NCBI RefSeq assembly: GCF_902652985.1
Contig: NC_047016.1
Span: 30,318,001 to 30,382,000 of the forward strand
Source: Pecten maximus
Taxonomy: Eukaryota
DNA length: 64,000 nt
Direction of reading: 5' to 3'
Shown: positions 26,201 through 41,429 of the stretch, one piece after another
Layout: every line of letters begins with the position of its first letter
Position numbering within the stretch: position 1 is the first letter of the stretch
Made by a program: the position numbers and the translations under genes
The notes under the pieces: generated by a model
The model's database searches: none
Told to the model about the DNA's origin: nothing
The model's input: only the letters and a program-made list of their open reading frames with translations

Positions 26201-29200
26201 GGAAAACACCTTCAAAAACACTTTAAAATATACGACAAGAAAGTAGCCATTTCTTAAACCACCTGTTGTTACATCTCCCTGCCGAATATAGGAAAGTGGG
26301 GAGAGCACGTGACCAGTTCTTACCCAGAGATGGAAATACCGTATGCATAAATTAGGTCAGGATGACGATCATAACCTTTCTTCCACATAAAGTGCAGTTT
26401 TCAGATGTTAATGATAAAACTCAATGTATGTATATTTATGTATCTATGTTTGATATAGTACATTTTTACAGAAAATTCACAATCTAAAGTCAACAGCAAT
26501 ATTGGTATATATGTTATATTGGCATATTATAATATATAGCTATATGCTACATTTATTTTATGATTGTGTCATTTCTCTTATCTAATATTCACCATACCTA
26601 AATTAGAAATGGCAGCGTTACCAAAGATCATCAATAACATCATCAATGGAAAAAAAACATATTTTATATAAATCATGTAAGTACTTAAAATAGATAGTGT
26701 AAAAGCAATCTGAGCAATAAGTCAAAATTTGCATAATTTCATGACAAATTATCAATAGTAGTTTATCTTGGGTACGTAATGCCAATCCAAATTCGACGTT
26801 AAACGTTGGACATCAAAGCACCAAACAGGTTTCTAAGGATACACAATTTATAGCAATGCTTCTTTTGCTCACGTGCTTACTTGTACCTGTATTGTTGTCA
26901 ACATTTATAAACTGTTAGTTATTGTTTTACAAGACAAAACATTTTATTATGATTGGTCCTGGCCAACACAAATGCGATCAAGGACGTGTTCGAGTATCTA
27001 TCTGTATCCAAAAACGTCCTTATTGTTTTTGACCTTGCAAAGTCCATAAGAGGGAACTATTTCATTACTTACTTAAAAAGTCAGTCGAAATTAGTCCTGT
27101 TGGGTGTCTCTTTCGACACTTCTTCTTTTGACACATACCCAATGTAAGTGGTCTGCGTAATTATTGTACATATTGTAATCAAATTATGTATCATTATTTT
27201 ATAGATTGTTCGGTGCGTTTTCGAAAGCATGTTTTCCAGTTTTCATTGAAAATGTCTTTTAGAATCTGTAGAATGTTCTACTGACATTCTCAAATAAAAG
27301 GTTTAAATAATTTTTTTTTTAAATTGACACTTCTATCCGTATTCATATTTTGCTCATATATCTATATTGTCTTTTAAAGAAAAATAGTATTCGCATTCTC
27401 ATCCACATCTGTAATGCAATTCAGTTTCGATCAACCCTGCAATATTGGCACCATCTTGCGATATAATCGATAATTGCTTTGGCATCGAGCTTAAAGGCCA
27501 AAGTGCGCGTTTACAAATGTGCATACATACAAAGATATATTACTTCATAAGGGGTATTCATGATAACATTGACGATAGTGTAAGTGTATAGATCAGTACT
27601 AAAACAGGACATATAGATTTACCATGTAGCATGTCCCTTTATGTATTTCACCCACATTGTGTCTCCAACAATAAGATTCTATCGGTAGAGAATAAGGTTT
27701 TAGTGATGATAATCTGCAATCTGAATAAAGTTTGGGCCAAACAAAATCTTAAAATACCACAACATAGGTGGATAAATAATTATATTATGTATTTATCACC
27801 AATAGCAATATGAAATATAAAAGATAAGTGAATCACATATATGATTGGTGTTCGTAGGACAAATCATTTTTTGTCAATTGACATGTTTGAAAAATATACA
27901 TCAGCATCAGTAACTTTTGAGAGCTGCTCATCTTTTGAATGATAAATCACAAATTTGTTTGGCTAACATTTTCTTTGTGTCGCCAAAATAAGTTACTAGA
28001 GTGATTGAAATAGTGGCAGTGACTTTTTGGAAGGTTTACAAAAGATGAAAGAAAATATCCAGAAATAAAAAAAAAAAGATACAGCTTTATGCAAAGCATT
28101 GCCTCATTTAAATTGTGATATTGTAATTAGAATAAACTAAGAATTATTCTTATCATTTCTAGTCTTGCTTTTTATATTCAACTTGATTTGATTTATTGGC
28201 GAAATACCTATATACCTACTGAGGTCATATCTAATTAATATGCAAGCATGAACGGATCTATTTGTCAATGTATCGCCTTCTGTTATAAATGCGATGAACA
28301 ATTTAAAATATGTATTAAAAAATCCATCTGGTTCAAATTGACTTGAAAAGTGATAAATGGTGAATATGCATCCCCAAGGATATATATTGTATATTAAAAT
28401 CATAAATCAGTCATTAAATTCTGATTACATATTGGATTTAACAGGTTCTCAGACATTTATTACTTTCTCCTATTTTGTTACGATGAGTCAAACTTCAAAG
28501 CACACCGGGTTATTATAAACAGCATATGCTTTTAGGTCAGTATTAAAACGTTTCCCTCAACAAGAATAGCCAGTGAAGCGTTATAAAAAGAACATTACAA
28601 TCAGATCCGAAGAATTTATTTAAGTATTGATGTACCTGCCAATAAAGGTATGCCAAAATATCATCTTTTAAGCAGTTCACAGAGTCCTGAACGAAAGACA
28701 TATGGATTTGTCTTAGCTTTGCCACATGGTGTGCTTTAATACAGAAACTACATTATTATTTTTATGAATACTTATGAACATATTTAGATAAACATGATGT
28801 AAACATGGATTGTGATTAATCTTCAACCATGAATTTATTCAAAAGGAATGGCAAAGACAACAATGGTAATATTCATTTTATTACAGAAACCGTACTCAAA
28901 CAAACGCAACACATTCGTGATCGAGCATGAATCCCATTGACTTGTGGAATGTATTCTATATCTTATTGGTCCCTAGTGAACCCTAAATCGAAGCTCAAAT
29001 GAAATACCAATCCTTAATCACGTGTAAAGTACTTGATTGGTCATCCGTCACAGTTCTTATAATACCACAATTTAAATCAACCCCCGAGTGCCACATGATA
29101 CAACATGTTATAACTTCCCCAGCACTTGTATAAAAGGCATCTGATGTCGTCATGACGCTGGTACCGCTATTGTTTCAAGCATGTCGTTATATTGTCATAA

Positions 29201-29452
29201 ACAATACATCATATATTTTGACAAGGCTTTGTATCCGGTGGTTGTTTATTCATGAATGAAGGTGTTCTGACTTCAACCCTGTCATTATTATTTTTCTTCA
29301 CAAAAAGATAAAACGGGATTATTACACAGTCTTTGTGCAGTGCTGAATGGCTTTAATGGAAGATGAAGAATACAAATACCATACATTGTTGCAAACATCT
29401 AAAGTGATGGCATTTATAACAATAGCATGTACATAGCAAAAACAATATTTAC

Positions 29453-29821
29453 CAGTTAAAACAAATATCATCGAAAGAAGGACGTATAAGTAACCATTGA
29501 AAAGCGATTTAAGAGGACGACCTGCTATTGTTAAGGTGTAAACAGTTTTTTTCCTTCTTTGACAATTTAGATCTGATCCATGAATGTTCACATTCTCTAA
29601 ACGGGGACCATGGTAATGACAACAAATTCACCAACTATACAATCTGTCATAACAAATATTGAGCTTCCTATCGCCAAACGATATCAAATGTTTCTCAGTG
29701 TTTTTATTGTGCCCATAATAACGCTTACCCATGATCTCCGGTAATTTGTATTCTTGAAACCCGAAATCGCAGGTATATCCTTCAACTGCTGGATACTATC
29801 ACCGAAATGGTGATATTGAGT
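29453..29821 (-). pseudogene. Two splice-bounded segments (29821-29729, 29643-29453), possibly decayed Cys-rich or EGF-like exons
   Basis: Minus-strand acceptors ttttattttaaAG and tttgttatgacAG, donors G|GTAAGC and G|GTAAAT, with an 85-nt intron. Fragments GYTCDFGFQ, DCIVGEF and ECEHSWI/LNCQR lie in different frames with stops. Confidence 0.2.
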
Positions 29822-32188
29822 CTTTAAAATAAAATCAGCTTCAACATATCAACGCCGTTCGTGGGAAAGCAGGACCGTTACTCTCAAGAAAAGGAAAGTA
29901 CACCTACACAGATATGAATAATGACGGCATGGTAGTATGGTGTTATCATTTTCATAGCATTATCATTGGATCAAAACAGATCTTTGTTTGGATATGAATT
30001 ACTCAAATCAATATATATGAAGGTAAGTAGTAACGATAAAAAACACCAATTGAAAAATGAATAAAACAATAATAGTCATGTATGCGGCCTCTTACCAACT
30101 GGACTTACGTAAACGAGTTGTTAAATATTTCATATCTCTAGGAAAACGATTCTTATTGTTCAATAGTGTCTCATTCGATCGAAAAATGTGTCCTCCAATG
30201 ATCTTTTGTAAAACGTAGGCATGTGTATCGAAAGTAATGATTAGTTAAAATGCATGTTTTGATCCTGATACAAGTAATACTATCTGGTAACAGGGGACGT
30301 TAAAAATCAGCTTGATTATAAGCATCTAGCATTAGCTACATCATCTTAAAGTATACAAAAAATGATAACTTTCAAATCAGTATATGTAAATAAAAGCGAA
30401 TTTTTTTTTGTATTCCGTGACTTACACTCTCAGCTAAATGGAAGAAAACATAATCTTTTCGTGTTATTTTGTGCTATTTATTAAAGTCCATCTAGGATTT
30501 CGTGGGAAGTGACCAATCATAAGCAACAACATAAGCTAATTTTGCTCTTGATTTTATAAATTTTACCCAGGTATACTTAGAAATGCTCATTGTAAAATAT
30601 ATTTGCTATGTTACTATACAGTGGTGAATCCACAAAACCTATCTTCATATTTCAAGTATGAAAGAGAATTATAGGCAACTCGCCACGCGCGGCAATGTTC
30701 ACTTAAGACCTAGACGGTCAAAAATCAACGAGTAAAGTTATGCAAATTATCATTGTGTGACCTTCAATTTTCGTATACACAGAGAAAGCTTAAGCTTATT
30801 TCATCCCGGAAATAAAATGGAAAGCGTAAACTGGTTTGGACCTAATCGGATTTCATAGGTTTTTAGGGCGCCGGGCTGGGGCGGGAACTGGGTAGGCACC
30901 TGCTGTTTGTAGACCTCTTTTGGTATAAAAAAAAAACTAGTGTTTGTTTAAACTAGAGTTCTAACCCTACGGATGTGCATAGCAAATAGTAAATTGATTT
31001 AATTATTCCCGCGCAATATCCGAGATAAAAACACGCTCTTTAAATTTGTTTCTTTTTTATCTTAAAGTGGTGCCGTTATAGTGCTATTTTAGACGATGCT
31101 GTTGCAAGTTTATATGATGAGTAATATTGAAATGTTAAAATTACGTTTAACACTTAACACATACAGAAAAGTTGGGAAATAAGGCAATAATTTAGGACCG
31201 GTAACAAATCAGTGTAGAAATCATCTCATTCAGTACTTCATAATTCGCTGTGAAACACCCTCGATTATTTTACACCTTCATAAAAATTATTTACATTTTC
31301 TTTAATATATTTTCATAATCTTTATCGGTCAAAATTGACAAAAAAAGACTTCGGAGAAAGCTGACTTTTCAGTATTACCATGCTATGTTTTGTACCTTCC
31401 CTCCCATTTCACTCTAATACCATCTGTTTAACATGATTACTGTATACTTAGAGAAATGAGAGGCGTGCCCTGGTGGTTAATATTTGAAACTTCATTACAC
31501 ATGTCGAAAAGCGAATCATACACAAGACTTGTGATGCGTAACGGAAAACGAGGTGACTGAAATGTTTCATTCTATGGTATGTTAAGATTGATCAGTTGTT
31601 CCTCTTCGCCTTGTTGACCCTCTCTAGGCAACGGAAACTGAACGGGGGATAATCCGTTTACATCTGTTACCGTGAAATATTTCAAATTGAGAAATAAGTC
31701 CCCCTTTATTCACTCATTGTGAATGCCAATAATGTAGACTAACTACATATCCCTATTCACGTTTACAAATATTTAGACATACTGACTCCGTTTTGAAGAT
31801 TTAGGCGGATAACAATAGGATCTTAATAGTCATAAATATAATATCAAATCGCTATAACTCAACAGAATGAATCGAAACACATAAACGTGTTGGTGCTAAA
31901 TTATCCACAGCAAATCCGCGGAAGATGCAATGTAGCATAATATCTGGTAAGATACACATACATCACTTTAATGTCGATTGGTACCAACCTTTCTTGAAGA
32001 GATTTACATATGAGACTATTTTCCCACACCAATAAACTCGTCCCTATTGTGTGTACGTTTTAAATGATAAGTTTAATGTTATATAGTGAGAAAAAACACA
32101 TCAATCTGACAGAAAATGTTTTGTTTTGTTTTTTATTATTATCTCTTTATCTATCATAAATGTCTTTGATTTCAAATCTCATGTTCTG

Positions 32189-32211
32189 TTTTTTTTTTTT
32201 TTTTTTTTTTT
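32189..32211. repeat. Poly(T) tract
   Basis: About 23 consecutive T. Confidence 0.9.
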
Positions 32212-33590
32212 AATTTGATTAAAAGATACCGGAAATGCCCGTAAACTTAAGATCACGGGAACTACATCTAAATAACACTTAAGTATATTGCCTAACGTGT
32301 GTATACAGCTAATTTATGCAAATAAATTAGGAACATACAATTGCAAAATGACGTATCCTTCATGACAGGAAAGTAAAACTTTAGGGATAATAATCAAAAA
32401 GCTTATTTAAGGTTGATAGCAATATCTATATATTTTGACATACTTGTTTTTCACGATAAGGTAATATGAAAAATTAAACCCGCAAATATTAATTTTACAT
32501 TAACTGAGTAAACACAATAGTATCCCTCTTTTTAACACAGAGACAATATCTATCAGATATCAACTAGATACAAGTATTGCATCACATTTGGCAAATTAAT
32601 TCATTCAATGTGAGATATAAGTGTTTCCTTGTGGAAATTTAATGGTGACAGTAGATTGTTGGATGTAGCTAGTGGCTTTCTGCTCAAGAATGCCACTAAT
32701 ATCTATGAAAGCGAACGAAGAATGGGTCATATTTAAATTTACTCTGAGAATCCAATATATGTCAAAATCTGCAATTTGTTTTCGCCTCATGTCGCCGACG
32801 TTACCATCTCCTTCAAATTCCGAAGAACGTCAATTATTTAGTATCCTACGTGCCCACTACTTCTGCAGTCGGCGTTGACAGCTCACGACGTGTAGCTATA
32901 ATGCTGTTTCCTTGTGCTATATGGTTCCTAAGAAGGTTCTATCGATTATTTAGGGTGGGATGTGTACCGTATCGCTATGTGGAATGAACAAACTAGCATC
33001 ATAGAATGACGGATTGACGGCAGAAACGCTAGCCAAATGGAAGAGAGAAGCTGGTCTCAGCTTATTCGTTATATACGCCAAGACTTGTTTTGAAAAAAAT
33101 TACATTAAAGATTTGTCGTGGAACTGTATCATTTTATAGATTTAACTTTAACATACAAATTGTAAATCGGATTCTCAATCAAAATCGTTATTGCTGTTTT
33201 ATTGTATAGGTTTCTTAACTCAATCCATTTTCCATTTTGGACATCCTTTCAAACAATATTCTAATATTTTTTATAATTTTCAAAACAATAATGAAATATA
33301 TAGTGATAATAATACAGTTATTAATCAAAGAGTACAATACAAGAAGTCCTCCATTTGATTTAATTTCTATAGACTTAAAGAGAAACAGATAAGACCCAAA
33401 TGATATTGAAATACCGGTGCCATTTCATATGCAACACTATGGTGCCAGAACGTCAAAGAAAATGAGCATGTTCCTCCTATTTTTAAGCAAGCAACTAATT
33501 AATAACAATAAACTTCATGAAGATTCATACTGACGCCGATCATTGAAATTCCCCCCACAAGTAGTAAGTCTGATCCGAGTTATTCAAAAC

Positions 33591-33816
33591 GGATATTCCC
33601 TCGTCCAGCAGAGAGTCGATGGATGGTCATGTCAATTCTATCGGGTATACGAGTATTCCTATAACCGAATTAATGTTTCCTAGACTGATTACATCTCCAC
33701 GGGGCCATAACAATCCTAACAATATCTAATTTACATATACATTGTTGGGGTCACTTTGAAGGCTAGCTTTTATGCCCTTAGCTGTAGCTCATGATGCAGA
33801 TTACCAATATTCTCTA
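33591..33816 (+). pseudogene. Decayed fibrinogen C-terminal domain (FReD) fragment
   Basis: 33591-33644 reads GYSLVQQRVDGWSCQFYR. Removing a GATG duplication and restoring one base gives QQRVDGHVNFYR, matching the FReD motif GWTVIQRRxDGSVxFYR. Downstream RLITS and GVTLKASFYALS/VAHDADYQYSL follow the expected order (GxxxxAxYxxFxVxxExxxYxL). Frameshifts and stops are present. Confidence 0.4.
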
Positions 33817-36800
33817 TGTTTTTATTCCAACCAAAGCACACATAAAAACTGCAATATTTAATCCAACTGGTATTTTCTAAATCTCCCTTCGGATTCTACT
33901 CCTAAGTTCCAGTTGTGTTCCGTATAGTTAAGTATGGCTGTTTATCATTCCATGTTTTCCCTTGGGACACAGAGTCTCGCGTTAATACGATATTTTCATC
34001 TCTTTTCAATTAGGGCAGGTGACACGGTTAGACACAGGAGCACTTTCTACGAGAAGTACACGTTATATGACCGATTGACGGCCGCATCGGACAACCTCGA
34101 TTTCTTACTAATTGTTTTATGAGGTTATATTATCGTTTCGCTAAGACCGGAATTTCTGTCAAATGTTTTTTTTCGTATTGAACAATGAGTGCATATAAAA
34201 CTGAACGAAGAAAAACACTAGAGAATCTTCAATTTTATTTTAAATCTCAAGACACATAAATTAAAAGTTTTAGTTCCATTTTGGGAACATTTCTGGTTAT
34301 ATACGAGAGTAAGGCGACATTAAATCTAGTTGTAATGTTAAACTTTATTACAGAAACCATTAATTGCATGTAAAGCGTATTGTATTCCGGCTTGTATTTG
34401 CCTTATGCTAATATATAACTTTATATATATTTGCTGCAAATGTTGTTTGTGTGTTTGTGGGTTTTTTTTACAATCAGTATTTTTTCAATAACCACTAGAT
34501 AATTTTCGTATTTGTAAAATATAAACACTGAAAGCTTGAAATAATAAATTATAATCTTCATGTATCATATGCCTTATTGATCTTTCTCGGAAAATATAAA
34601 TATTAAAAAGGAGTAATGAATAGTCACCTTTCCAAACCAAATGCTTCATGTTATCAAATATTAAACACTAATATTTCTCTTGAATCACGAGATTTTAAAT
34701 CAAGCACAAGGTGGTTTAGCTCACAGAATTATATAATTCCTGTGTTATATTATTTTAAAGTTTCAGCAACAATCATAATTGTATCACTTATGCTAATTTT
34801 AAACAATAATTATGATAAGAATATGAAATCATTTTAACTGAATCCTGTTTTTTTTTCTTTTTTTCTCATTTATTTGTTTATTTATTTTTTTTCTCCACTT
34901 TATTGTTCGATCGGGTCAGCATTAATAAAAGATTAGGTCTCTTATCCTCCTTGCCATCTACCGAGGGAGCAATGACGAGTTAATCTTATTTTTGTTATGA
35001 TGACTAAGTAAAACATAATATGGCAAAATGCCAACAAATGTCATACAATACATTTGAACCAATTAGAGTTGTTATTGTTATAAGATATTACCATCGACAA
35101 TACCACAATTAAAGAGCAATTGGTAGTTTTCCACAAGAAATGTAAATGCTTATTTTCATTTTATGTTAAAACATTTTAAAATAAATATTGTAAAGTAGGT
35201 GAATATTTCTAATGAGAATATAAATGTAATAAATTGTTTCCAAACAATTGCGAACAATTTCCCTCGTGTCAGATATGTGTGGTTTAAGACGTTTAAACGA
35301 CTGAAAACTACAAGGTTTATATATATATAATCAAATAACATTTAACATTGGTAGTAAAAGTATTAACACTGAACATGGTATAATACTCATGGTTTTATTC
35401 CCGGCGTAATCCAAATATATTAAACAACGTAACCTACATTTCACAATCAATATTCAACACATAATAGTTATCTAGTTTCAATAGAATCGGGTGTTTACGG
35501 AGGTCAATTGAGGGTTAGGCTCCAAAGATTCTAATTTCGTTTCGTCAATTGCACGTACGTGTGGAAATTTGGCTCATTCGAAGATGACACCTCGGGCCGG
35601 ACGTTTACGATCCTGCGCACACCTTGTCTTCCATTACCGGAAGTTTTATTGCACGATAATTGAAATTTTGTAATCTTCTTTCCACCAATATACTACAAAG
35701 TCATATAATTGTTAGAATTTACGACACGGGAAATTTTATTATCTCCCCTTCATTTACTGCTCTTTCAATTATTCTGGGACAAAATGCCTATTCACAGGTA
35801 GGTAGGGAAGCAACACTCGTCGGTCTCGGTTAAATCGCGATCCTTTCGTCATGAAGTATTACTTTCCTTTTGTCATTTCTATTTAATCGATTTGTCACAA
35901 CCATGTACATTAATAGCTTGCTTACTGTCTCAAGAATGTCATACTACACACATCATATCTTCCATCTCACGCAGCAAAGTTTGACGGTTTAGATTGGTTT
36001 ATTGTGATTCTTTCTCAGGAGCTTTGCTCATTTCCTTTAAACAATTTCTCACTGAAGCACAGATACAAACATAAATATAAAAATGTTTTATTTAATATGG
36101 TCTACTTAAGATGCTGAAAGGACTTGAATACTGTCAAAACTGGCGTATTTATTCATTTATTCATATATATATGTATTCATTTATACCCGAAATTTCTTCA
36201 AAGTGATAAATTAACTGCAGTAAGCACCCGCCAGTTGGACTAATGTTTTCGACCTAAAACTTTGAATTGAAACAACATTCCTATAAAAGGATTGCAATTG
36301 TTAAAATAATACATCTGAGTATTGTCGTGTTACAACGTTTATGTTTATATACATGTATAATATCACTTAGTTATCTATGACTGTTAGGATGGGTAGCGAA
36401 GAAGATACTTCTTGTTTTGAGTAAAAGCAGACGACCTATCTATGACTTGATATCTATTAAAGATGACACATTGTTTATAGTCCTACGTCAGATCGCTAAT
36501 GCATATCCTCCCCACATTGTAAAGGTTACACCAACGTTTAATTAGCTGTATATACAGATCCATATGGTAGATATTTGAACAAAGTTGTTGCAATAACAAA
36601 AGGGGAATAATTCAGGGGACATAACTCTTGTTCAATCTATCAAAATTCTATTTTACAGAATAGATTCAATTTCATTAATGGTATTTATTTTTAAGCTTAA
36701 CGATGTGATTTTAATTACTTTTATTTATTGCAGTCAAACAAATACATTGCATTAAATAAGAATTCATTTCACCCTCTATTGTCAATTATAAAAAAAACTA

Positions 36801-39800
36801 AACAAAAAGATTTTTTTTTTTTTAAGTTTTGAGAATACATATTGCAAAATATACCCAAAGTAGTGGTATTCATAGGTATAAGTTGCGGGGCTGCTGTATG
36901 TACGAATCTTTAAGAGTCGTAGCAGAAGATAAATATTGTTTTCTGTAGAGTGAAGACAATCTTTTTTATATGCTTCACGAGAGAAAAATCATGAGAGCTG
37001 ATACTCGATACAAACGTTACGCACTAGAGAAGTCATGGAGCTTCAATGTGTGGGGGCCGAAAATGCTGGAGATCTGTGTCTTATTTCATCGCCGAACAAT
37101 TCACACCCGCAGCCTGAGTGCTCCCGTCAACCGTCCCGACATAAAATAGTCCCATATATTCATCCCGCTGGACAGAAAATAACACTCTATACTCGACTTG
37201 ATAAGGCGACAACTACAATGAATTGCTACAAATCTTCCAAGTTGTTTATCAGAAAATCTCCTTAATTCCTGACCAACTTTAAATACCCTCATAGAACTTT
37301 ATCTAGTTTTTTTATGTTTTAAAGGTAGAAAAAAAGATATATTTTGAGTGTTTGTATCAGCTGTATGTTGTAATTATTTTTCATGAGTGAGCAGAACATC
37401 GCCACTTCGTCAGTGTGGAGTGCTAGGTATTATGGTCTTTGTATGTTTGTGATTTACACCCCTTTTGTCGCTGTTATTTCTCGCCCCCTCCCCTGTCACA
37501 CAAATCACCTACTCTGCCACCCGTTACACGGTGTGTGGCCTAAACCAAGCACACCTTTAACTTAAAGGTTGATTTATAAAGATTTGAAGTAAACAAAAGT
37601 TGTTGATATGTATTAATATTAAATTAAATTCATAAAACTTAAATTACTATATGACAATGCAATTAGTTGTTCACGAAATCGACACTAAATCTTTCAACTT
37701 GTCACTAAGGAAATTCAGTATCTTTCACATTATTTGAAAGTTCATAATTTTATATTATCTTCCAGCAGAAACGTATAATTATGTATATATGTGATATACA
37801 CGTCTCTGCTTCCAGTAATTATAATAACTGTAATGATTTTAGTTAAAGTGATTTTTTTACGTATGAGTTACTGGCAAAACCGAAACTGCAATATCAAATT
37901 TAGCGACAAAAAGCATTTACAATATGAAAATCCTGACCGTGACGTAGTATACACGTCATTAATGTGACATATCATATTGTAACAGACACTTGACAAAAAT
38001 AACTTAGATATAAATTTAGGTTGTCTGGGTTTATTTAAATGATGTGAAAAAATCCGCCAGAAAATAGGTGCAGTGACATATTTTACATATATGCAAAATA
38101 AGAAACGTCAATATGTTTTAAATTGTATTTAATTTTTCAGTTTGATATCTAGAAATGTAATGTAGAGGGTGTACATACAGTACGTTTGTGTGTTATACCA
38201 AATAGGTCAACATTTGGAACAAATGAAAAGCATCAATTAACAATATCGGCTATTATAATAGAATAAGGTTAACATATAGCCAGATACAGAAATTATAAAA
38301 TGATACAGAACGGCTGGTTCTTTAATCTTGATTCTCCTCTTAAAAATATCTGTAAATTGAAGAGAATACTTTGAAATCAGTAACTGATTTTATCTAGACT
38401 TTGTGGTAAATGAAGGGAAGTAACTCTTACTAACTTCGCTGTATAGATTTTTTTTTCTTTTTTTTTTCTCTCTGTGTTTTTGTTATAAATTAAACCAAAA
38501 ATTCATAGTAAAATATTGATATGATAAACAACGAAAGAACGTCATCAATATCTAATGATTAATACATTTTTGTTTCAATGTCGATTTTTTTTTCAAAATC
38601 AAGAAAAAATGTTAGCACCTTTAATTTGTCGAAAACGTGTTATTAACAAAATTATCGACTAGTCTGAAATCATCGACCAAACTCTCCGTTGATATTTGAG
38701 TATATTTACATATGATAAAAATACAAATATGCATTTTTGGGGGGATTTTTTTCTCTTATTTACTTTATAGTGTTTTATTTCAGAATCAACATTAGTAGAA
38801 TGATATATGCCCAATTAATCTTATGATAATATTGTTATTTTGGAAAAACGAGTATCAGAATTCATAGTTGAATTTAAACTACATGTATCTATGCAATTTT
38901 TGGATAAATTAATTATGTTTTGAATAAATAAGCATTGAAAAAACAAGCATTTAAATCAAAATTATTAACGATTTAAAAAATGAAGATGATAATAAGCATG
39001 TTTGTTTTTATAAAAGTTTGTGTCATAAAGTATGTCTTTATTTAAAATATGTTATAGAATATTTGAAAAAAAAAATAAAATACGAAATCAGTAAAATTTA
39101 ATTACATACAGCATGTGAAACATCTGGTAAAACCATTAAAATGCTGTTAAATAAATACGTAGATTACAATGCGAAACGTAACTCTTCATAAAACGTTATG
39201 AAATGTATTCACGAAAAAATACTTTGAATATTTTCTTGACATTTCATCATCGATCATTCTTTTGAAATCGCTTTTATGTACCAAATTTTCAATAATTCGC
39301 TGTATAAGTTGGAATAAAAACGGATTTAGAATCCAGTCATGCTTTCTGAGCGCCCAGCTTTTCGAGACAACAACGGAGCTTATTAACGAAAAAATAATTT
39401 GGACTGAAGACATTTAATAACCTTAAAACGTGTCTTTTGTAACAACGATATTGAGATTTCATTGTTTGAGAGCGGATAAGTAGCCTACTGATCCCTTTGG
39501 TGCCACAGGACATAAAACAGTCTGCCAAAAACACCATCAAGGGGGATGACTGGAAACACGGGGAATATTCTCTATGAAATTTCTGTGAGTGACCTTTCAC
39601 TATATTCTGGTCGATAGAATTTAATAGGTATAAATTCCATAAAATATCAAATGTGTTTAAGCAAAGATCGCGACAGGCTTTCATTTTAACAGTTATTTCA
39701 ATACTAATCTTGTAATTCCGTAAAGTTACCGCGAACATTGTACGAATACCACCTTACTTTGTCTAGTCGTCGCTTTATCGGGAAAACACTAGATTTTTGT

Positions 39801-41279
39801 TTAATATTTCGTTTAAACAAGAACATTAGATAGAAACCTTATAAAATCTCATTAAACTTTTCATCTAATTTATTTGTTTTAAGGAAGATTAATTTCAATT
39901 ATTTATCATCGTGACATGTCAACATAAGAAATTTAATAATATGCGACCGTTGAAACAGAAAAATGCAAGAAAAACCAATACGTGTGAAATAAAACGTTAA
40001 GACTTACTTCAATATACAAAACACGTAGACACCTTCTTACATCTACATAATTACATGTACCTACATAGCTACATAAACTATATATTGGTATACCGGTGTG
40101 TTATACGTCTTAATATAGCTGGAAGGCATTGCTTTTACTACACTTCGTTATATGAAATAATAAAAATTAAAAACAAAACAAAACATGAACGCTAACCTCA
40201 TAACTATAAGAAAAACACAAACAGACTATCTTTATATAAATATAACAAATTACATCTATATTAATAGTCAGAGTATATATAATGTATATATAAAATATAC
40301 CAATGTTTCGTGGATATTTAATGAGGCGATATATCATTAGATACATAGATATATTTATATATTTGGCGAAGTAATATGTAAGATATATAAATATTTTTTC
40401 TTTACTGGAATTATAGATTTCACGGGTAAATGTAAATATAGCCATCTTTTTTACAATGTAATAAAATAGTTTTTTGATGTTTGAGTATTTGAATGCATGC
40501 CGTGATATTATTTTCTAATATCTCTCCAACTTATTAATAAGTTCGTTAAATATTTGTAATTAAAAATATCTTGATTTGAATGATTCAAGATGCCTTTTCT
40601 AGTATTTCATTGAAACAGATTTCCGACGGTATACTCCTGAAGGAATTCCTTGATACATATTTTGTCTTCTGATAAAAGTCATCGACATTAAGTTCGAGTT
40701 GCTGGGTATAGTAAAAAGAACTCAAATAATAGCACAATTGCATATGTTATTCATAGCAATTCGCTACGCTTCCACAATAACAGCAAAGACAATTTAACTA
40801 CAGTTTAATATGATAATTAAGGGTTACTTCCAAGGTATATGCTTCTAAATAACGAGATTAAAACTTTTTTAAAAAACTTAATCGAGTTAACATTTCTTGC
40901 TATTCAATAACAATAGACTGAATTAATTTTAAAAATTATAAATTTGGCAAAACAAAACATGATGCATGATCAATTCTAACATGAAAACAATTAACAAAAA
41001 ACCTTTTTACTGCGCAAGTATAATCTAAAGTAAACATAATGACATATATTTTGTTTCAAAATGGCCGAGAACGGAGATCCGAGATTTGAGATTCATGGTC
41101 TATATGAGACCCACATGGTAGATTTAAAGTCTTTGATGTTACCGAAATAATATATATTGATAGGAAGGCTCCTTCGAGGGGAGACCTGGATATCAAAGTG
41201 TTTAAGCGAAGTCAAACACTATCCAAGTCCAGTGACAATAACTTTGGTATTTTGATGATACATTTACGACCTAACATAC

Positions 41280-41429
41280 CGGCGGAGACCATTAAATCGT
41301 TAAGATTTTTACTACAGTTCGATGTTTCATCCGTTGGATGTGGTGTACGGGTTGTTTGAGCAGGGGTGTTAAACGTTTCAGAAAATATATTTCGCCATTC
41401 CTTACTAATGCGTGTGGTTCTCTCCTCAT
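41280..41429 (-). CDS. Candidate internal exon (150 nt, phase 1-1) encoding a Thr/Pro-rich linker
   Basis: Acceptor tttgtacAG, donor CCG|GTATGT, length divisible by 3 and open: xEERTTRISKEWRNIFSETFNTPAQTTRTPHPTDETSNCSKNLNDLMVSA. GC is locally raised. No partner exons were identified. Confidence 0.3.

Noticed and set aside
30860-30902. GC-box-containing patch (GGGGCGGG) as a promoter
   Set aside because: No associated first exon or gene could be identified.
37020-37265. Minus-strand frame with TGA at Trp-like positions (CPAG*, CRDG*REHSGC), suggesting a NUMT, alternative code or lectin
   Set aside because: TAG stops occur in the same frame, there is no resemblance to mitochondrial proteins, and the lectin similarity is too short.
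37318-37560. Possible Kolobok-type element TTAA-AGGT...ACCT-TTAA
   Set aside because: Only 4 bp of terminal inverted match, expected by chance in AT-rich DNA.
39337-39738. Longest non-repeat ORF (133 aa)
   Set aside because: No recognisable domain, composition typical of random AT-rich translation, and no convincing splice context.
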